Positions 18,253 to 29,274 of a stretch of 64,000 nucleotides of DNA are shown here, piece by piece (positions within the stretch are counted from its first letter, which is position 1; every line of letters starts with the position of its first letter). Under the pieces are notes generated by a model. The model did not search any database, was not told the DNA's origin, and saw nothing but the letters and a program-made list of their open reading frames with translations. The stretch comes from an uncultured virus (IMG/VR IMGVR_UViG_3300007511_001544). Its lineage: Duplodnaviria; Heunggongvirae; Uroviricota; Caudoviricetes. The stretch spans positions 1 through 64,000 of the IMG/VR virus record IMGVR_UViG_3300007511_001544. One strand, 5' to 3'. The position numbers were made by a program, and so were the translations under genes.

Positions 18253-21200
18253 TCAATATCCGCCCCCAGTACCACCGCCGTCGCCGGAACCTGCACCGCC
18301 TCGGCGTCCATTTGCCGGCATGAGTGGTATGGGCGGTTGCTCTGGCGGCAGCCCTTCAGGAGTTCTCATATTTGGATTTTGTCTGACATACTCTGCCGGA
18401 CTCATTGGCGGTTGTTGATTTGTAAACTCTGGCGGAAGAACCTGGCTTGTTCTGAAGACTGGGGGAGGAGGTTGTACCATAGAAAATTCCATCTGAGCAC
18501 GCAATGTTGGGTTGTTTGCCATTTCCTGTGGTGAAGCCGGCATCCCAGGAGGTGGTGTCATCCCAGGAGGTGGTGTCATCCCAGGAGGTGGTGTCATCCC
18601 AGGAGGTGGTGTCATCCCAGGAGGTGGTGCCATGCCAGGAGGTGGTGCCATGCCAGGAGGTAGCTGAGTAGCTTTGGCTTGTGCTGCCACTAGCTGCTCC
18701 TGTTGTAGTGCTTGTTGTTCTTTTACAGCCCGCTCGCCTCGACTTCGGGCGTCTTTTTCTTGACCTTCTGAAATATCTTCCATCTCTCGGGCAAGTTCTG
18801 GGCGGAAGCCTGTTTTCATTGTCAGTTTTCCAAGCTCTATAAGAGAACAGTAATCATAAGGCCAGTTATAGGTGTTTCCGGCTTCGCCAAGCTTTTCACT
18901 AGACCAAAGGCGCTTGGTATATTCCACTTTTTTATTCTTTAAGAATTCTTTTTGTTCTTGTGGTAAATCTTCTGAAATATACCCAAATATACTGTTATAA
19001 GACAGGGACCCAGGACCACCGTTTAACTCTTCTAGGATCAGTTTTGAAAATTTATCTATCCCACGCTCTTTGACTTTAAATACCATCCATTTTATGTCGG
19101 GCTTAAAGCCATCTTGAGAACCCAGGGCTGCAATATCCAACATGTCAACTCGTGGGTGACCGTTTCTTGGAATACCCAACTCTAATTCCTTGAGAATTAA
19201 TTCTGGGAATACTGTTTTGCCATTTTTTGTCTCGACTGCTTCACCGGGCATATAGTGATCAATAGCTGAAACACTGGTCTTCATGGTGGCGGCAATATCT
19301 GGCATAATGCCTTGCCATATATCAGCCAAATCTTGACGTGAAAGTGCTACGCTATGCTCCATCAAATATACAATGGGAATACTGATCTCTTCCTTCGATG
19401 GGAGTACTTCATCATACTCATCTCCACCGAAAGGGTTAATGAAAGAAGGCACCTTTGGATAATTCGGTGGTAGCAAATTTTCTAAAGATTTCTTCAAGGC
19501 TGGCGGCAGCGAGTATTTTATAAACGCTTTTCTAAATTCTTTGAGCTTAGGCCCCAAAGCACTTGGGTTGGCTTTTAGAGTCATAACCTTCATAGATTGC
19601 GTGGTTTTGTCCATATAATAAGGCATCGCCACGATAGCTTCTGATATTGTTTTTTCATTGTCTTCCGCAATTTGTCCGAGCTTTCTCGCTCTTTCGGATA
19701 TGAAAGCTCCAGGCGGCTGGATATCCTCTTCCTTAAAGCCTACTAATCTAGCTAGTGAATCAACAGTCCTACCAGAATCAAACACAAACTTAGGAACTTT
19801 TCTCACAGCAACTACCTCGCCAGATCCTGTCATGTTGACACCTTGAGCAAAACTGCTTGGAGTTCCATTCTTGTGAGCGACAGTTCCAGTCGGGTTCCCG
19901 AGAAGTCTAAATTCTGTGGTGTCTACAGAAACATCCGAGATATACATAAAGACACCTTCGGCTGAAGATGACGGCATCACTCCGTATTGGTGCCACATAC
20001 CCGTTACGAATGGGTCGTGATCGCCGGACCCGGTAGAAGTAGAAAAGTCGTATCTGTCATAAACACGAGTAACTGCGCTAGCGCCCGCAACAACTGGTTT
20101 TTCTGTAGCATTGGTCGGAAAATCCAAAATTGGACATTCCCACTTGGGCATAATCACCCACTTGTTTTTGTCTCTGGGGGATATGTTTGCTCCATCCGTT
20201 GGGAACAAGTTGTCAATAACAATTGACGCATCAATATCCTGTCTGTTTTGCCAAGCACGATTCCAACCATAAGCCGGCATCCCATCAATGCTCTTAACTC
20301 GACCATCGTCGCCCATAAAAGACCCAGAATCAAAATCATAGTAATGCCCGTTCTCGTTAACAAACTCTATATACAAATCTTCGCCAGAGAGAATTTCCTC
20401 AAGAGACACTTCTTTATTTTCTTTCGGCACATAAGTTATTCGACATATTGCAGGTCCATAATAATATGCAGGTGTAAATGGAGCAAATTCAGCACGAGTA
20501 TATGGCCAACGGCGTCCTGCTGGTATGCTTCCTGTGGTTCCCAATTCAAGAGAAGCTTCTTGATAAAATGGTTTTGTTTGACCGCCAAAGAACGGTCCTT
20601 GCGGAACACCAACAGAATCGTCGGGGGAGCCGACTCTTGTTATAATATTTCCGTTTGAAGCACTTGTCAGAATATCATGAGTAAGAATAAGTGTGTCATC
20701 AGAACCAATAGTGGCGTATATGTCAGTATCGCCATTAGCATACGCTAAGTTGATGGAGGCGGTAATCCTACCAATACGGTGACTCACCGCTGCTAATGTG
20801 TCAGCTTCTTTATATCCAATCTCGTAAGTACCACTTCCACCTTCAGTCAAACCCTGAAGTCTTGATGGTGTGGTTTCGTCGGCGCTATACTTGAATATAA
20901 TCACAGAGGATCCTTGACTTGCGGTATTGAAAAATGATTGTCCCCAGATGTTCGATCCTGAATTTCCACTTATATCTCTGCCTGTGGTCGGATTCAAGCC
21001 GCCAGTCAATGCAAAACTGCTGCTCTTAACTATGTTTGGATCACTTGGAAGATTTTCCATACTTGCAGTTGCTCCGACTCCATAAGCGCCGACACCCTTC
21101 ACATTGGTACTTTTCATCTCGTTCCAGTCAGATGACCCTGTTGCAGTAGCATTACCAAAAGCAGCAGGGTTGCTATACATCATGTGTCTATCAGATTGTT

Positions 21201-24200
21201 TTAATCCAATTTCCATAATGTAAGCTTTTTCTTTTGAGACGGCGACTTTTCTTGCTTCGGTTTGTCCCGCTGGGGATGCGCCGGCTGGAGAGTCGGGGTT
21301 TGCTTTGGCAGGAATTTCTGCCACAAACTTGGACATGAAACCGCCGTCTTCTTGCTGTCTTAGGAAGAACTTCGGAATATTTGCCATAAAGTTTGACATA
21401 CCCAACTTATAAAGCTCATCGTCATAAAGCTTCATGGTGGTAGTTGTTGTGGTCCCGCCGGTCTCGGGGTCGGTTGTTGATGTTGTCTCAATCGAAGCTG
21501 ACGTATTTACAGACCCGGTTACTATACCAAAAAGGATAGGGTTGTGATCGCCCAGGATAATAGGTCTTACTTGGTCGCCGATATAATCTATGGGATTAAA
21601 TATACCCTCAAATGGAACAGTGTCCGAATAAAAGAAATTAGCTGGTCCGGCGGTTAACCTTGTTTCAGAGGCACCGAAAGCTAGCGTATCGTCGAAAAAC
21701 TCAAAGTTGGCTGCGCCACCTTCATTCCTTCTTCTTCGTCCGCCAGGAATGGTAATCGCTGCGTTGGTGGAACCTGTTGCTGTAGCCGTCATACCGCCTA
21801 CAGCGGGAGCATAGTAAGCACTAACCGCACCACTAAGAGGTCCTCCGGTCGGGTGCTCAATTGTGCCCCAGCGAAAATCTTCAACTGCATTTTTTCTCAA
21901 AATTGGGTAGGAAACACCCAAGCCAGATTTTATTGAGTTATAGACAATACCTGGGGCGAAGAAGGGTCTCGACAGTGCTCTAAACTGAGCGGATGCCATA
22001 CGGTATGAACCAGTGGTAGTATAAGGTGCTCCACCAACAGTATCTTGCCATTCATCTGCCGCTTTTCGGGGATAGAATTCATTAGGTTCGCCAGTGAATG
22101 TTGCATATTCTGCATATGATTTAGAAAATTGAGTCGCTAACTCTAAAGTTCTCAACACAGGGTAAAAACCCTCGTAGGGTAAAAGCTTTAGCGTTGCTTC
22201 TGATTTTAATTCTAGGTGCCTTGGGCTTTTATTAAATTGAGAATCTTTTGACTCCCTACTCATGAACACCTTGAGGTATTCTGCAACATCGGAAGTCCCA
22301 TACCTTGGTAAAAACTCTCTATTTTTTGTATTAAATGCAGCTTGACTATTGACATCGTTTGTTGCGCCTGTTATATCCAAAGCCGCAGAAAGAACCGTCG
22401 TAAAGTTACCAAGATCCTTATATTCATTCATCAAAGTGCTTATTCTAAACTCTGGTATGATTGTCTGGTCTTTTCCGGCTAAACGAACTTCTTGTGCCCA
22501 GTCTTCGTAGTTATTATACCAGGGGTATCTAGCTGGGGCAAGGTCTCCCTTCTTGGGTCCGTCCACAAACCTTCTTTGTTCTCCAGCCGTCCAGGCGGGT
22601 CGTGTTATGGGACCCCCAATAGCATTAAACTCAGCAACAAATTTCTTCTTACCGCCATCGCCGGTCTGGCGTAGAACCTCTGTTGGTACAGAATAAACAT
22701 ATTGACAAGAATTTAAACTTGAGGTATTCCAACGGATACCGCCCGTGCTTGTATCGCCTGCGCTGCCTGTGTTGTCCCCCGCCCCACTGAGGACAACTCC
22801 ATAGTGCGGCATCATCAATTCGCCCGCTGGTAACGTTGATGCCATACAAGCCAACAACTTGGTTGTTGGGGACGTTACGGCAGCCGATAGTGCCACCCCT
22901 GTAAGGTACGCCTGCAAGTGAGGGTGAGCATAATAAAAAGAATCCAAAGGCCATGTTGACGCAGACCCATAGTTGGAGAAAGACGGCTGTCCTCCCCCTG
23001 GAGCATTAACATACATTCCAAATTTCTTAGCATATCCCACAGTTCCTGAAGCAACTTTCCAAGATTCATTTGGTGATTCTTGATTGCTCCATGTAAATGA
23101 TCCAGTCGGAAACTGCTCATCCATTCTAACAAAATACCCAAACGAAGAACTGTATCCTTGTCCCTCTAATTGTCGATCATCTACTCTGCGGTTCCATGCA
23201 CGGTTCCAATCTTGAATATTCGCATCACTAATGAGTGACTCAAGAGTTGTGACCCCCTGTTTTAAAGTAAAAAGACTGCCTGTGTTTTCTATATCGCTGC
23301 GCCAAAAGCTATTTCTATAGTATTCTCTGGCACGGGAGGCGGAAGAATATGTATATATTTCTCGTGGGTATACTGTTTCTTCGTAAGTCATCATTTTTAT
23401 GAGTTCTACACCGTCCACTGATGGGTCCACATTGGCTACAAAATTATCTCTAAGAATTTCATAGGGTCTTTTTAATTGCCCAAGCTTAAATGATTGCTTG
23501 TTTCCAAGATCTACATTTAATCCTCGATTAGCAAATCCTTGCAATTCGTTACCATAAGAATATTTCATAGTTACATCAACAAATTCCTTCTCAGTTTTTG
23601 ATGGTGTCCCTCTTGGAGTCTTGATATGATGTATCAGGGGTTTATATCGAGAAGTTACAGCAGGCTCTTTATATCTTTTGCCTATGAAAAACGTGACGTT
23701 ATTACCGCCAAGAGGATTTGCAAAAGTCAGTGCTCTATCCTGATATTGGGTATTTGCCTTCAATTGGTCGGAAACGTCCTGCCCCCTTCTTTTTGATTGC
23801 ATCTTGTCACCATCAATTTGCTCAACCTTTTGGGCTTCATATGTTATTGTCGGAGCGTCTATAATGTAATAATTCTGTTTTGCGTTATATCTCCCCAAGG
23901 TGGTGTATTGCCCAAATCGTGTTTGAGTCCAGGGTACCCACCCATAGGGACCATTAACTTCCCAGAGATACTGTATTTGTCCCGCTGAGTTACTAAAGAC
24001 ACCGTTAGATTGCACACCAAATCCACCTGGGTATAATTTCCATTTTTCGGCGTTTGCAACAGAAGAAGTATGAAGAGTAATATTTTCTGGGAATCTTGAC
24101 GAAGATAGTATAAACTTATGAAAATTATCCGCATAATTTTGTCCCGGCCAATCCCCAATAGCCCCTTGAGAGTGAGACATTCTCATGAACCATGCGATTC

Positions 24201-27200
24201 TGTCTCCGTCGGGAATAGGTCTTGTAATATAAGCGTTATCTCTCAAAGAGCCCGTCGCCATAATCTCCACCAAAGGAGAATTTAAATTTCCAGAAACTAA
24301 CCTTGGTCGTAAAATCGTGTTTCTTTGTGTTTTGTGTATGGCCACCAACGAAGCAGTTGCATCAGAAACATCATCTCCATATACAGCAGGAAATGCTCCC
24401 GACGGAGTAACAACACCTTCATTAAAAGAGGGCATGTCTATCGAATCAAAACGAGTTAACAATGTATTGAGAGATGCGGTTTGGAACCCTCCCCATCCCG
24501 TATGTCTTTTGAGCAGTGTTTGTAGTTTTTGCCGCACAACAATATTTCTAAATGGTAATGCATTGTTCGGCGCAAACTGGTCGGACGGGCGGTCCCTGAA
24601 CATTTGCGTTGAATCAAACTTACTGCCCGGCGCAGCAAATCTCTCTGCAATAATTGCTTTATTCACTTTTACATTGGATCGTTGCCTTGGGGCATCATAA
24701 TCTACGGAACCTGTGTCGCCTGAAGTTCTTCTAGCGGGCGTCGTTACAAAAGGAGTGGGCATAGAACCACTTGTAAAGGTGGGGTTTTTAAAATAGGTTT
24801 CTGTGTTCAAAGCAAAATCTAAATTCGTCTTTGATCGATCTTGCGTTTGATATATCTCATAAGTTTTAGTATAATTACCTATAGCAGAAGCGCCGCCGTC
24901 AGGAGCCAGTGTTCCCGTAGGTGTTTTTATATTTTCAATATTTACAGGTCGAGATGTGCCAGGACCTCTTGTATACTGTCCTTTTGGTGTTTCATCTGTT
25001 TTATGTGTACTAAATGATCCGCCACCAGTTACCAAGTCTAGCTTAAATGATTCTTTTCTTTCATTTCTAGATGGAACTTTTTGTGCAGCAGGAGGAACAG
25101 ATCGAGCTTGTTGTCCGCCTACATGTTGTTTTGTAAATGGGGTTTGTATACTTTCTTGACGATGATGTAGGTTAGCAAAATCTACATTCGTAATCCCTTT
25201 GTCTTGTAGTTGTTTCTGGTAGCCCGTATCGACAGTAGAACTAACAGGCGTGAACGGAATGAGTTTCTCTCCCTGCATGTCTCCTGAACCAGGGAGAGAT
25301 GCGCTAAGGCTTCTTTTTATTTTCTTAATTTCGTTTGGAATTATTTCCTCATCTATGTCTTTTTCTGCTACTAGTCCACCAAAATTTATTTCCGCAAGCC
25401 CGACTTGTTTTACTTTCTCCCTCATTTTTTCTTCTAATTTAGACATTTGAGGCGCAAACGCACTAATCGAAACAAGACCGATTGGGTTATAGCTTCTTTG
25501 TGCCGCAGCAAATATTGCTTCTCTAGATTCCATCACCCCAGGGTTCGATTGGGAAATTACAGGATTGTCTCTTTCGGCTCTAGATTGCCACCAGAAAGCA
25601 TTTTGGTTTTCCTTTTGCGGCGAAGAAGGAAGAGGGGCGTGAGAGAACTTCCACCCAAAAGGTTGAATGAGTCCTTCTTTGGAAATATTACTTCCTTTTC
25701 CTTTCTGGCGGACTGCCTTAATTGGTTGACCACCCTTGTTGCTAAGTTCTGGATTGATTCTGGCCTGGTCTGGTGGTGGTGTGGGAATAATTTGTGCGCC
25801 GTTACCACCCTCAGAAGCTGGTAAAGACTGTTGTCTGTTACCCATAAAATTGTATTCAAGCTTTGGTCTTTCAAGAAGGTGGTTCTCAATCATCGTGCGA
25901 ACACCTGGGGCAAACCTTGCACTAGCTGGGAACAACTGCTCTAACATGTGTCCCAGGGCAGAATCTACCCATTTATAATATTTCAGGTATTTCTCTAGGT
26001 CTGGTGTATTCCCCACTTTTGAAAAGAATATTTGCCTCAATTTCTCCATGGATTTATATTTTGGACGAAAGCGATTTACTGGCTCGCCTATCATATTGTT
26101 AAGGTCATCAATAGAGGCAAAAAGATTTAACATCTTTTGAGAAATGCTTCTATACATGCTTTTCTCAATTGCATAATAGAACCTTTCCGGGCGCATCATA
26201 GGGGCGAAAGCTTCGTCGTCTATATCCTTCAAAGTCACCATCTCACTACTCAAAGCATATTCTGGCAATTGTATGCGATCAGTATATACAAATTCTTTTC
26301 TTATAGGGGCTGAAGAGGTTGGGAAGAAATCTCCTCGACCAGTATGAAATCTGTAACTTATGTGCTGAGGGGATTCCTGATATAAACTTCCACGAGAACC
26401 TGATGCGAGCGAACCAGAAGAAAAATCTGACACGTTGAATCGACCGCTTGGATCACTACCTGTAACATCTGCAAAATCCCAGTTTAAAGCAAGGGTGTCT
26501 ATTTGCGGAATGTAAACAGAGGGATTGTATGTCTGGAACAGATAAGAATTTCTGGTGGGGTGGAGTCTTCCGTAACTATCGACTTCTCTGGAGTGTAGAT
26601 CAATGGTTCCGGTCGGAAGAACATCGGTCCAATAACGAAGACTAGAAGCCCTAACATCACTTGCAGTCAACAACGATCCAGTGAAATTTGTCCTACGAGC
26701 ACCAACATAAAATCTTTTTGCAGAGGATACAATATCTGATCCTGATTTATATGTCAGAGATGCTGTGGTATAAAAGCTATTTCTTTGTATCCCAGAGTCA
26801 TAATTTACAGCATAGAATTTAAGGTCGTAGCCTTCCGAAATATCAGCCAACGACGCTGAATTCTGTGCGAACGGAAAATCTTTTGGAGCAACCGTTAATG
26901 AAATATTCCATTTTTGATTGTCATAAACGTTTGTAAAAACAGAAGAAGTAAGCAGAACATTGTTATGCCTGTCTAAAACTTTAAAGAAAGCGTCCCTTAC
27001 TTCGTCAATTGGGGACTCTACCTCTGCCATTAGGGACGCTGACTTAATTGCTACAACTTGTAACCCAGAGTCATAGTGGGGTCCCCACCAAGTTGTATCC
27101 GTAGATGATGATAGAATATCTTTTGGTGTGTGCCACCCAAACAAAGATGAAGTAGACACCTGGCGTGGAGTATAATCGAGTTTATCCACATGTATTTTAT

Positions 27201-29274
27201 TTGGGAACACGAACTCGCATTCCGCTGTAAACCCAAATTCCAACAAAGAAAGGCTTCCGCTACTGCCGCTTATAATCCCATATGATTCGGGCAAATCTGG
27301 ATTGGGATATTGATATATTGTAGCTGCGGAGGAAGACTGGTCTATTAGTCCCGTAAAATCTGCATATTTTTTATTACTAACATCTGCTCTATAATTCGTA
27401 CTTAATTTATAGTCGGAATTTGAACTATACATGTTTAAGTGAAGTATTTCTTCATCTATTCCAAAACAACGTATAAAATTTCGTACCGCCTTTTCGTTGC
27501 CTTTGGATTTAAAAATATGAGTAATGTTATTATATAAGTTTTTGTAGATTGTGTTCTTTACGGAACTTAAATCTTGTTCAAAATTTATGTCTTCGTCTCG
27601 TTTTAAGAACTGTGCCAAAAGGCTTGCATTAGCAAACAATTCTGGTGCCTCAAAACCCAAACTCTCCAAGACACGATCATTGTAAGGAAATTCATTTATG
27701 CTACCAGTCGAACTACCGCTCAAATAGCGCATGTCTTTAATCTTTGTTAGTTGTGAGATTTGTGCATGTAAAGTATCAAAATAATTTGCGATTACTTGTG
27801 ATACATTTTTAAGCTCGTCTCCAGAATTTGCATCTTCTTCTGTAATCCATGCCGGCAATGTATTTAAAATATAAGAAGAGTTTCCATAGTCGTACTGCCG
27901 ACCAAGATCGGTCAATTCTTCCTTTCTAACTGTCATAGTAGAAGCAGAGGGGATAACAATGGGATCCTCGGGTTCTGTCCTAGAGTCAACAGAAGACGTC
28001 AAAGACTGTTGGGTTATTGCGGAACCTGTGTTTCTTGCACCGGCAGCATATCCCGTCCAAGTACCATTGGAAATTCTTCCTGAGTAATCTAGTACTAAAT
28101 TATCAACACTACTTGTTCCTGTAACCCCTTCGTTAAACTTATAATAAACACCTAGATCAACATTGGCATCTTGTGTATTTGTGCCGCCGTGTACATGGGA
28201 AAACCAATACCTTCCGACTTGCTGTCCCGTTCTGGCTGATTTCCAGAACCTGAATTCATCTAAAGATGCTGATAATTTTCCATACCCTTCGAGCGGATCT
28301 TTTGTTCCGGAGGGCGGATTACGGAGGGCACCAATGTTACCTATCATTGAGCCCGTAACCAGGCTAATTTGACCTGCTTGATGTCCACTAGCGGTTATGT
28401 TTGATTCGTGGCAAGCTCCATTAATATAGAAGTCAATTGCGGGCGTAGTTCCTGAAGTATTAAAAACAAACGAAAAATGATTCCAGCCGCTTCCAGTGAT
28501 GTATTTTCCAACACCGCCGGTTGTTGGAATGGATTGTGTCACATAGCCAGTTGTGCCCGAAAGCATCGTGACCAAAAATCGATCCTCTAAGCTTTTAGAA
28601 AGTTCAATTCGAAGATTTCCGAAACACCCATTTGTTACATCGCTTTCGACAGATCCTGTCCTAACCCCATTCCACAGGTCAAAAACAACCTGTATTGGAG
28701 ATTGGGTGTCGGTGCCAGGGTCTCCAGGGATTGCCGACTTTGATAGGAAGAACTCGACAGTGGAACCACTTGGTCCACCAAATTCTAGGTTGTTTTGCCT
28801 ATATTTAGTAGAGAAAAGTGTTCCAGAGTGCGGACCACCCTTGATTTGAATATACTCTGTTTTGCTACCGGGAGTGTAATAGTGAGAGCTTTTTGACACT
28901 GGTGTGCCGTATGCCGTACCAAGACTGACGAACCCTGTTGACTTAGGGTATCTTTCATCTAAAATATATTTTTCTAACGGATTTAATTCGTTATAAAACT
29001 TTTCTTTTTCGTACTTTGATCCGTCATATGGGTAGTTGTTCGTAATATAGTTAAAAGCATTTTCGTAATATTTTTCTGCGGAACCATATTTTGCAAATTC
29101 TTCAGGATTTCCATAATCCAAAGGAGGAATAAATGCATCACGTCTTTTGATGCTCTCGCTTAAATGATGTGCAGATTCTATGCCTCCACTTAGAGTACCG
29201 GCGGCGCTCTTGGCAAGATATTTGCCGACGACCTCTCCTGTGCTATTTTGTTGAAATAACTTTTTTATGCTCAT
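18253..29274 (-). CDS. Giant baseplate/tail protein with LamG (concanavalin-like) domains and a Pro-rich repeat tail
   Basis: 3673 aa; WNHFSFVF..FYING..SLDEFRFWKSART..YYKFNEG..DYSG is a LamG signature; IFKSKGNEKAVRNFIRCFG resembles baseplate wedge (gpI/gp7-like) segments; C-terminal PPPGM repeats. Confidence 0.7.
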   Translation of the reverse strand: MSIKKLFQQNSTGEVVGKYLAKSAAGTLSGGIESAHHLSESIKRRDAFIPPLDYGNPEEFAKYGSAEKYYENAFNYITNNYPYDGSKYEKEKFYNELNPLEKYILDERYPKSTGFVSLGTAYGTPVSKSSHYYTPGSKTEYIQIKGGPHSGTLFSTKYRQNNLEFGGPSGSTVEFFLSKSAIPGDPGTDTQSPIQVVFDLWNGVRTGSVESDVTNGCFGNLRIELSKSLEDRFLVTMLSGTTGYVTQSIPTTGGVGKYITGSGWNHFSFVFNTSGTTPAIDFYINGACHESNITASGHQAGQISLVTGSMIGNIGALRNPPSGTKDPLEGYGKLSASLDEFRFWKSARTGQQVGRYWFSHVHGGTNTQDANVDLGVYYKFNEGVTGTSSVDNLVLDYSGRISNGTWTGYAAGARNTGSAITQQSLTSSVDSRTEPEDPIVIPSASTMTVRKEELTDLGRQYDYGNSSYILNTLPAWITEEDANSGDELKNVSQVIANYFDTLHAQISQLTKIKDMRYLSGSSTGSINEFPYNDRVLESLGFEAPELFANASLLAQFLKRDEDINFEQDLSSVKNTIYKNLYNNITHIFKSKGNEKAVRNFIRCFGIDEEILHLNMYSSNSDYKLSTNYRADVSNKKYADFTGLIDQSSSAATIYQYPNPDLPESYGIISGSSGSLSLLEFGFTAECEFVFPNKIHVDKLDYTPRQVSTSSLFGWHTPKDILSSSTDTTWWGPHYDSGLQVVAIKSASLMAEVESPIDEVRDAFFKVLDRHNNVLLTSSVFTNVYDNQKWNISLTVAPKDFPFAQNSASLADISEGYDLKFYAVNYDSGIQRNSFYTTASLTYKSGSDIVSSAKRFYVGARRTNFTGSLLTASDVRASSLRYWTDVLPTGTIDLHSREVDSYGRLHPTRNSYLFQTYNPSVYIPQIDTLALNWDFADVTGSDPSGRFNVSDFSSGSLASGSRGSLYQESPQHISYRFHTGRGDFFPTSSAPIRKEFVYTDRIQLPEYALSSEMVTLKDIDDEAFAPMMRPERFYYAIEKSMYRSISQKMLNLFASIDDLNNMIGEPVNRFRPKYKSMEKLRQIFFSKVGNTPDLEKYLKYYKWVDSALGHMLEQLFPASARFAPGVRTMIENHLLERPKLEYNFMGNRQQSLPASEGGNGAQIIPTPPPDQARINPELSNKGGQPIKAVRQKGKGSNISKEGLIQPFGWKFSHAPLPSSPQKENQNAFWWQSRAERDNPVISQSNPGVMESREAIFAAAQRSYNPIGLVSISAFAPQMSKLEEKMREKVKQVGLAEINFGGLVAEKDIDEEIIPNEIKKIKRSLSASLPGSGDMQGEKLIPFTPVSSTVDTGYQKQLQDKGITNVDFANLHHRQESIQTPFTKQHVGGQQARSVPPAAQKVPSRNERKESFKLDLVTGGGSFSTHKTDETPKGQYTRGPGTSRPVNIENIKTPTGTLAPDGGASAIGNYTKTYEIYQTQDRSKTNLDFALNTETYFKNPTFTSGSMPTPFVTTPARRTSGDTGSVDYDAPRQRSNVKVNKAIIAERFAAPGSKFDSTQMFRDRPSDQFAPNNALPFRNIVVRQKLQTLLKRHTGWGGFQTASLNTLLTRFDSIDMPSFNEGVVTPSGAFPAVYGDDVSDATASLVAIHKTQRNTILRPRLVSGNLNSPLVEIMATGSLRDNAYITRPIPDGDRIAWFMRMSHSQGAIGDWPGQNYADNFHKFILSSSRFPENITLHTSSVANAEKWKLYPGGFGVQSNGVFSNSAGQIQYLWEVNGPYGWVPWTQTRFGQYTTLGRYNAKQNYYIIDAPTITYEAQKVEQIDGDKMQSKRRGQDVSDQLKANTQYQDRALTFANPLGGNNVTFFIGKRYKEPAVTSRYKPLIHHIKTPRGTPSKTEKEFVDVTMKYSYGNELQGFANRGLNVDLGNKQSFKLGQLKRPYEILRDNFVANVDPSVDGVELIKMMTYEETVYPREIYTYSSASRAREYYRNSFWRSDIENTGSLFTLKQGVTTLESLISDANIQDWNRAWNRRVDDRQLEGQGYSSSFGYFVRMDEQFPTGSFTWSNQESPNESWKVASGTVGYAKKFGMYVNAPGGGQPSFSNYGSASTWPLDSFYYAHPHLQAYLTGVALSAAVTSPTTKLLACMASTLPAGELMMPHYGVVLSGAGDNTGSAGDTSTGGIRWNTSSLNSCQYVYSVPTEVLRQTGDGGKKKFVAEFNAIGGPITRPAWTAGEQRRFVDGPKKGDLAPARYPWYNNYEDWAQEVRLAGKDQTIIPEFRISTLMNEYKDLGNFTTVLSAALDITGATNDVNSQAAFNTKNREFLPRYGTSDVAEYLKVFMSRESKDSQFNKSPRHLELKSEATLKLLPYEGFYPVLRTLELATQFSKSYAEYATFTGEPNEFYPRKAADEWQDTVGGAPYTTTGSYRMASAQFRALSRPFFAPGIVYNSIKSGLGVSYPILRKNAVEDFRWGTIEHPTGGPLSGAVSAYYAPAVGGMTATATGSTNAAITIPGGRRRRNEGGAANFEFFDDTLAFGASETRLTAGPANFFYSDTVPFEGIFNPIDYIGDQVRPIILGDHNPILFGIVTGSVNTSASIETTSTTDPETGGTTTTTTMKLYDDELYKLGMSNFMANIPKFFLRQQEDGGFMSKFVAEIPAKANPDSPAGASPAGQTEARKVAVSKEKAYIMEIGLKQSDRHMMYSNPAAFGNATATGSSDWNEMKSTNVKGVGAYGVGATASMENLPSDPNIVKSSSFALTGGLNPTTGRDISGNSGSNIWGQSFFNTASQGSSVIIFKYSADETTPSRLQGLTEGGSGTYEIGYKEADTLAAVSHRIGRITASINLAYANGDTDIYATIGSDDTLILTHDILTSASNGNIITRVGSPDDSVGVPQGPFFGGQTKPFYQEASLELGTTGSIPAGRRWPYTRAEFAPFTPAYYYGPAICRITYVPKENKEVSLEEILSGEDLYIEFVNENGHYYDFDSGSFMGDDGRVKSIDGMPAYGWNRAWQNRQDIDASIVIDNLFPTDGANISPRDKNKWVIMPKWECPILDFPTNATEKPVVAGASAVTRVYDRYDFSTSTGSGDHDPFVTGMWHQYGVMPSSSAEGVFMYISDVSVDTTEFRLLGNPTGTVAHKNGTPSSFAQGVNMTGSGEVVAVRKVPKFVFDSGRTVDSLARLVGFKEEDIQPPGAFISERARKLGQIAEDNEKTISEAIVAMPYYMDKTTQSMKVMTLKANPSALGPKLKEFRKAFIKYSLPPALKKSLENLLPPNYPKVPSFINPFGGDEYDEVLPSKEEISIPIVYLMEHSVALSRQDLADIWQGIMPDIAATMKTSVSAIDHYMPGEAVETKNGKTVFPELILKELELGIPRNGHPRVDMLDIAALGSQDGFKPDIKWMVFKVKERGIDKFSKLILEELNGGPGSLSYNSIFGYISEDLPQEQKEFLKNKKVEYTKRLWSSEKLGEAGNTYNWPYDYCSLIELGKLTMKTGFRPELAREMEDISEGQEKDARSRGERAVKEQQALQQEQLVAAQAKATQLPPGMAPPPGMAPPPGMTPPPGMTPPPGMTPPPGMTPPPGMPASPQEMANNPTLRAQMEFSMVQPPPPVFRTSQVLPPEFTNQQPPMSPAEYVRQNPNMRTPEGLPPEQPPIPLMPANGRRGGAGSGDGGGTGGGY
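18541..18660. repeat. 18-bp tandem repeat, six full copies plus a partial, encoding (T/A)PPPGM
   Basis: Unit CATCCCAGGAGGTGGTGT on the + strand, with variants CATGCCAGGAGGTGGTGC; in frame within the 3673-aa CDS. Confidence 0.95.

Noticed and set aside
18253..29274. Intein or intron within the very large structural ORFs
   Set aside because: I saw no convincing intein splice-junction motifs, LAGLIDADG/HNH motifs or frame interruptions by eye; a profile search would be needed to exclude them fully
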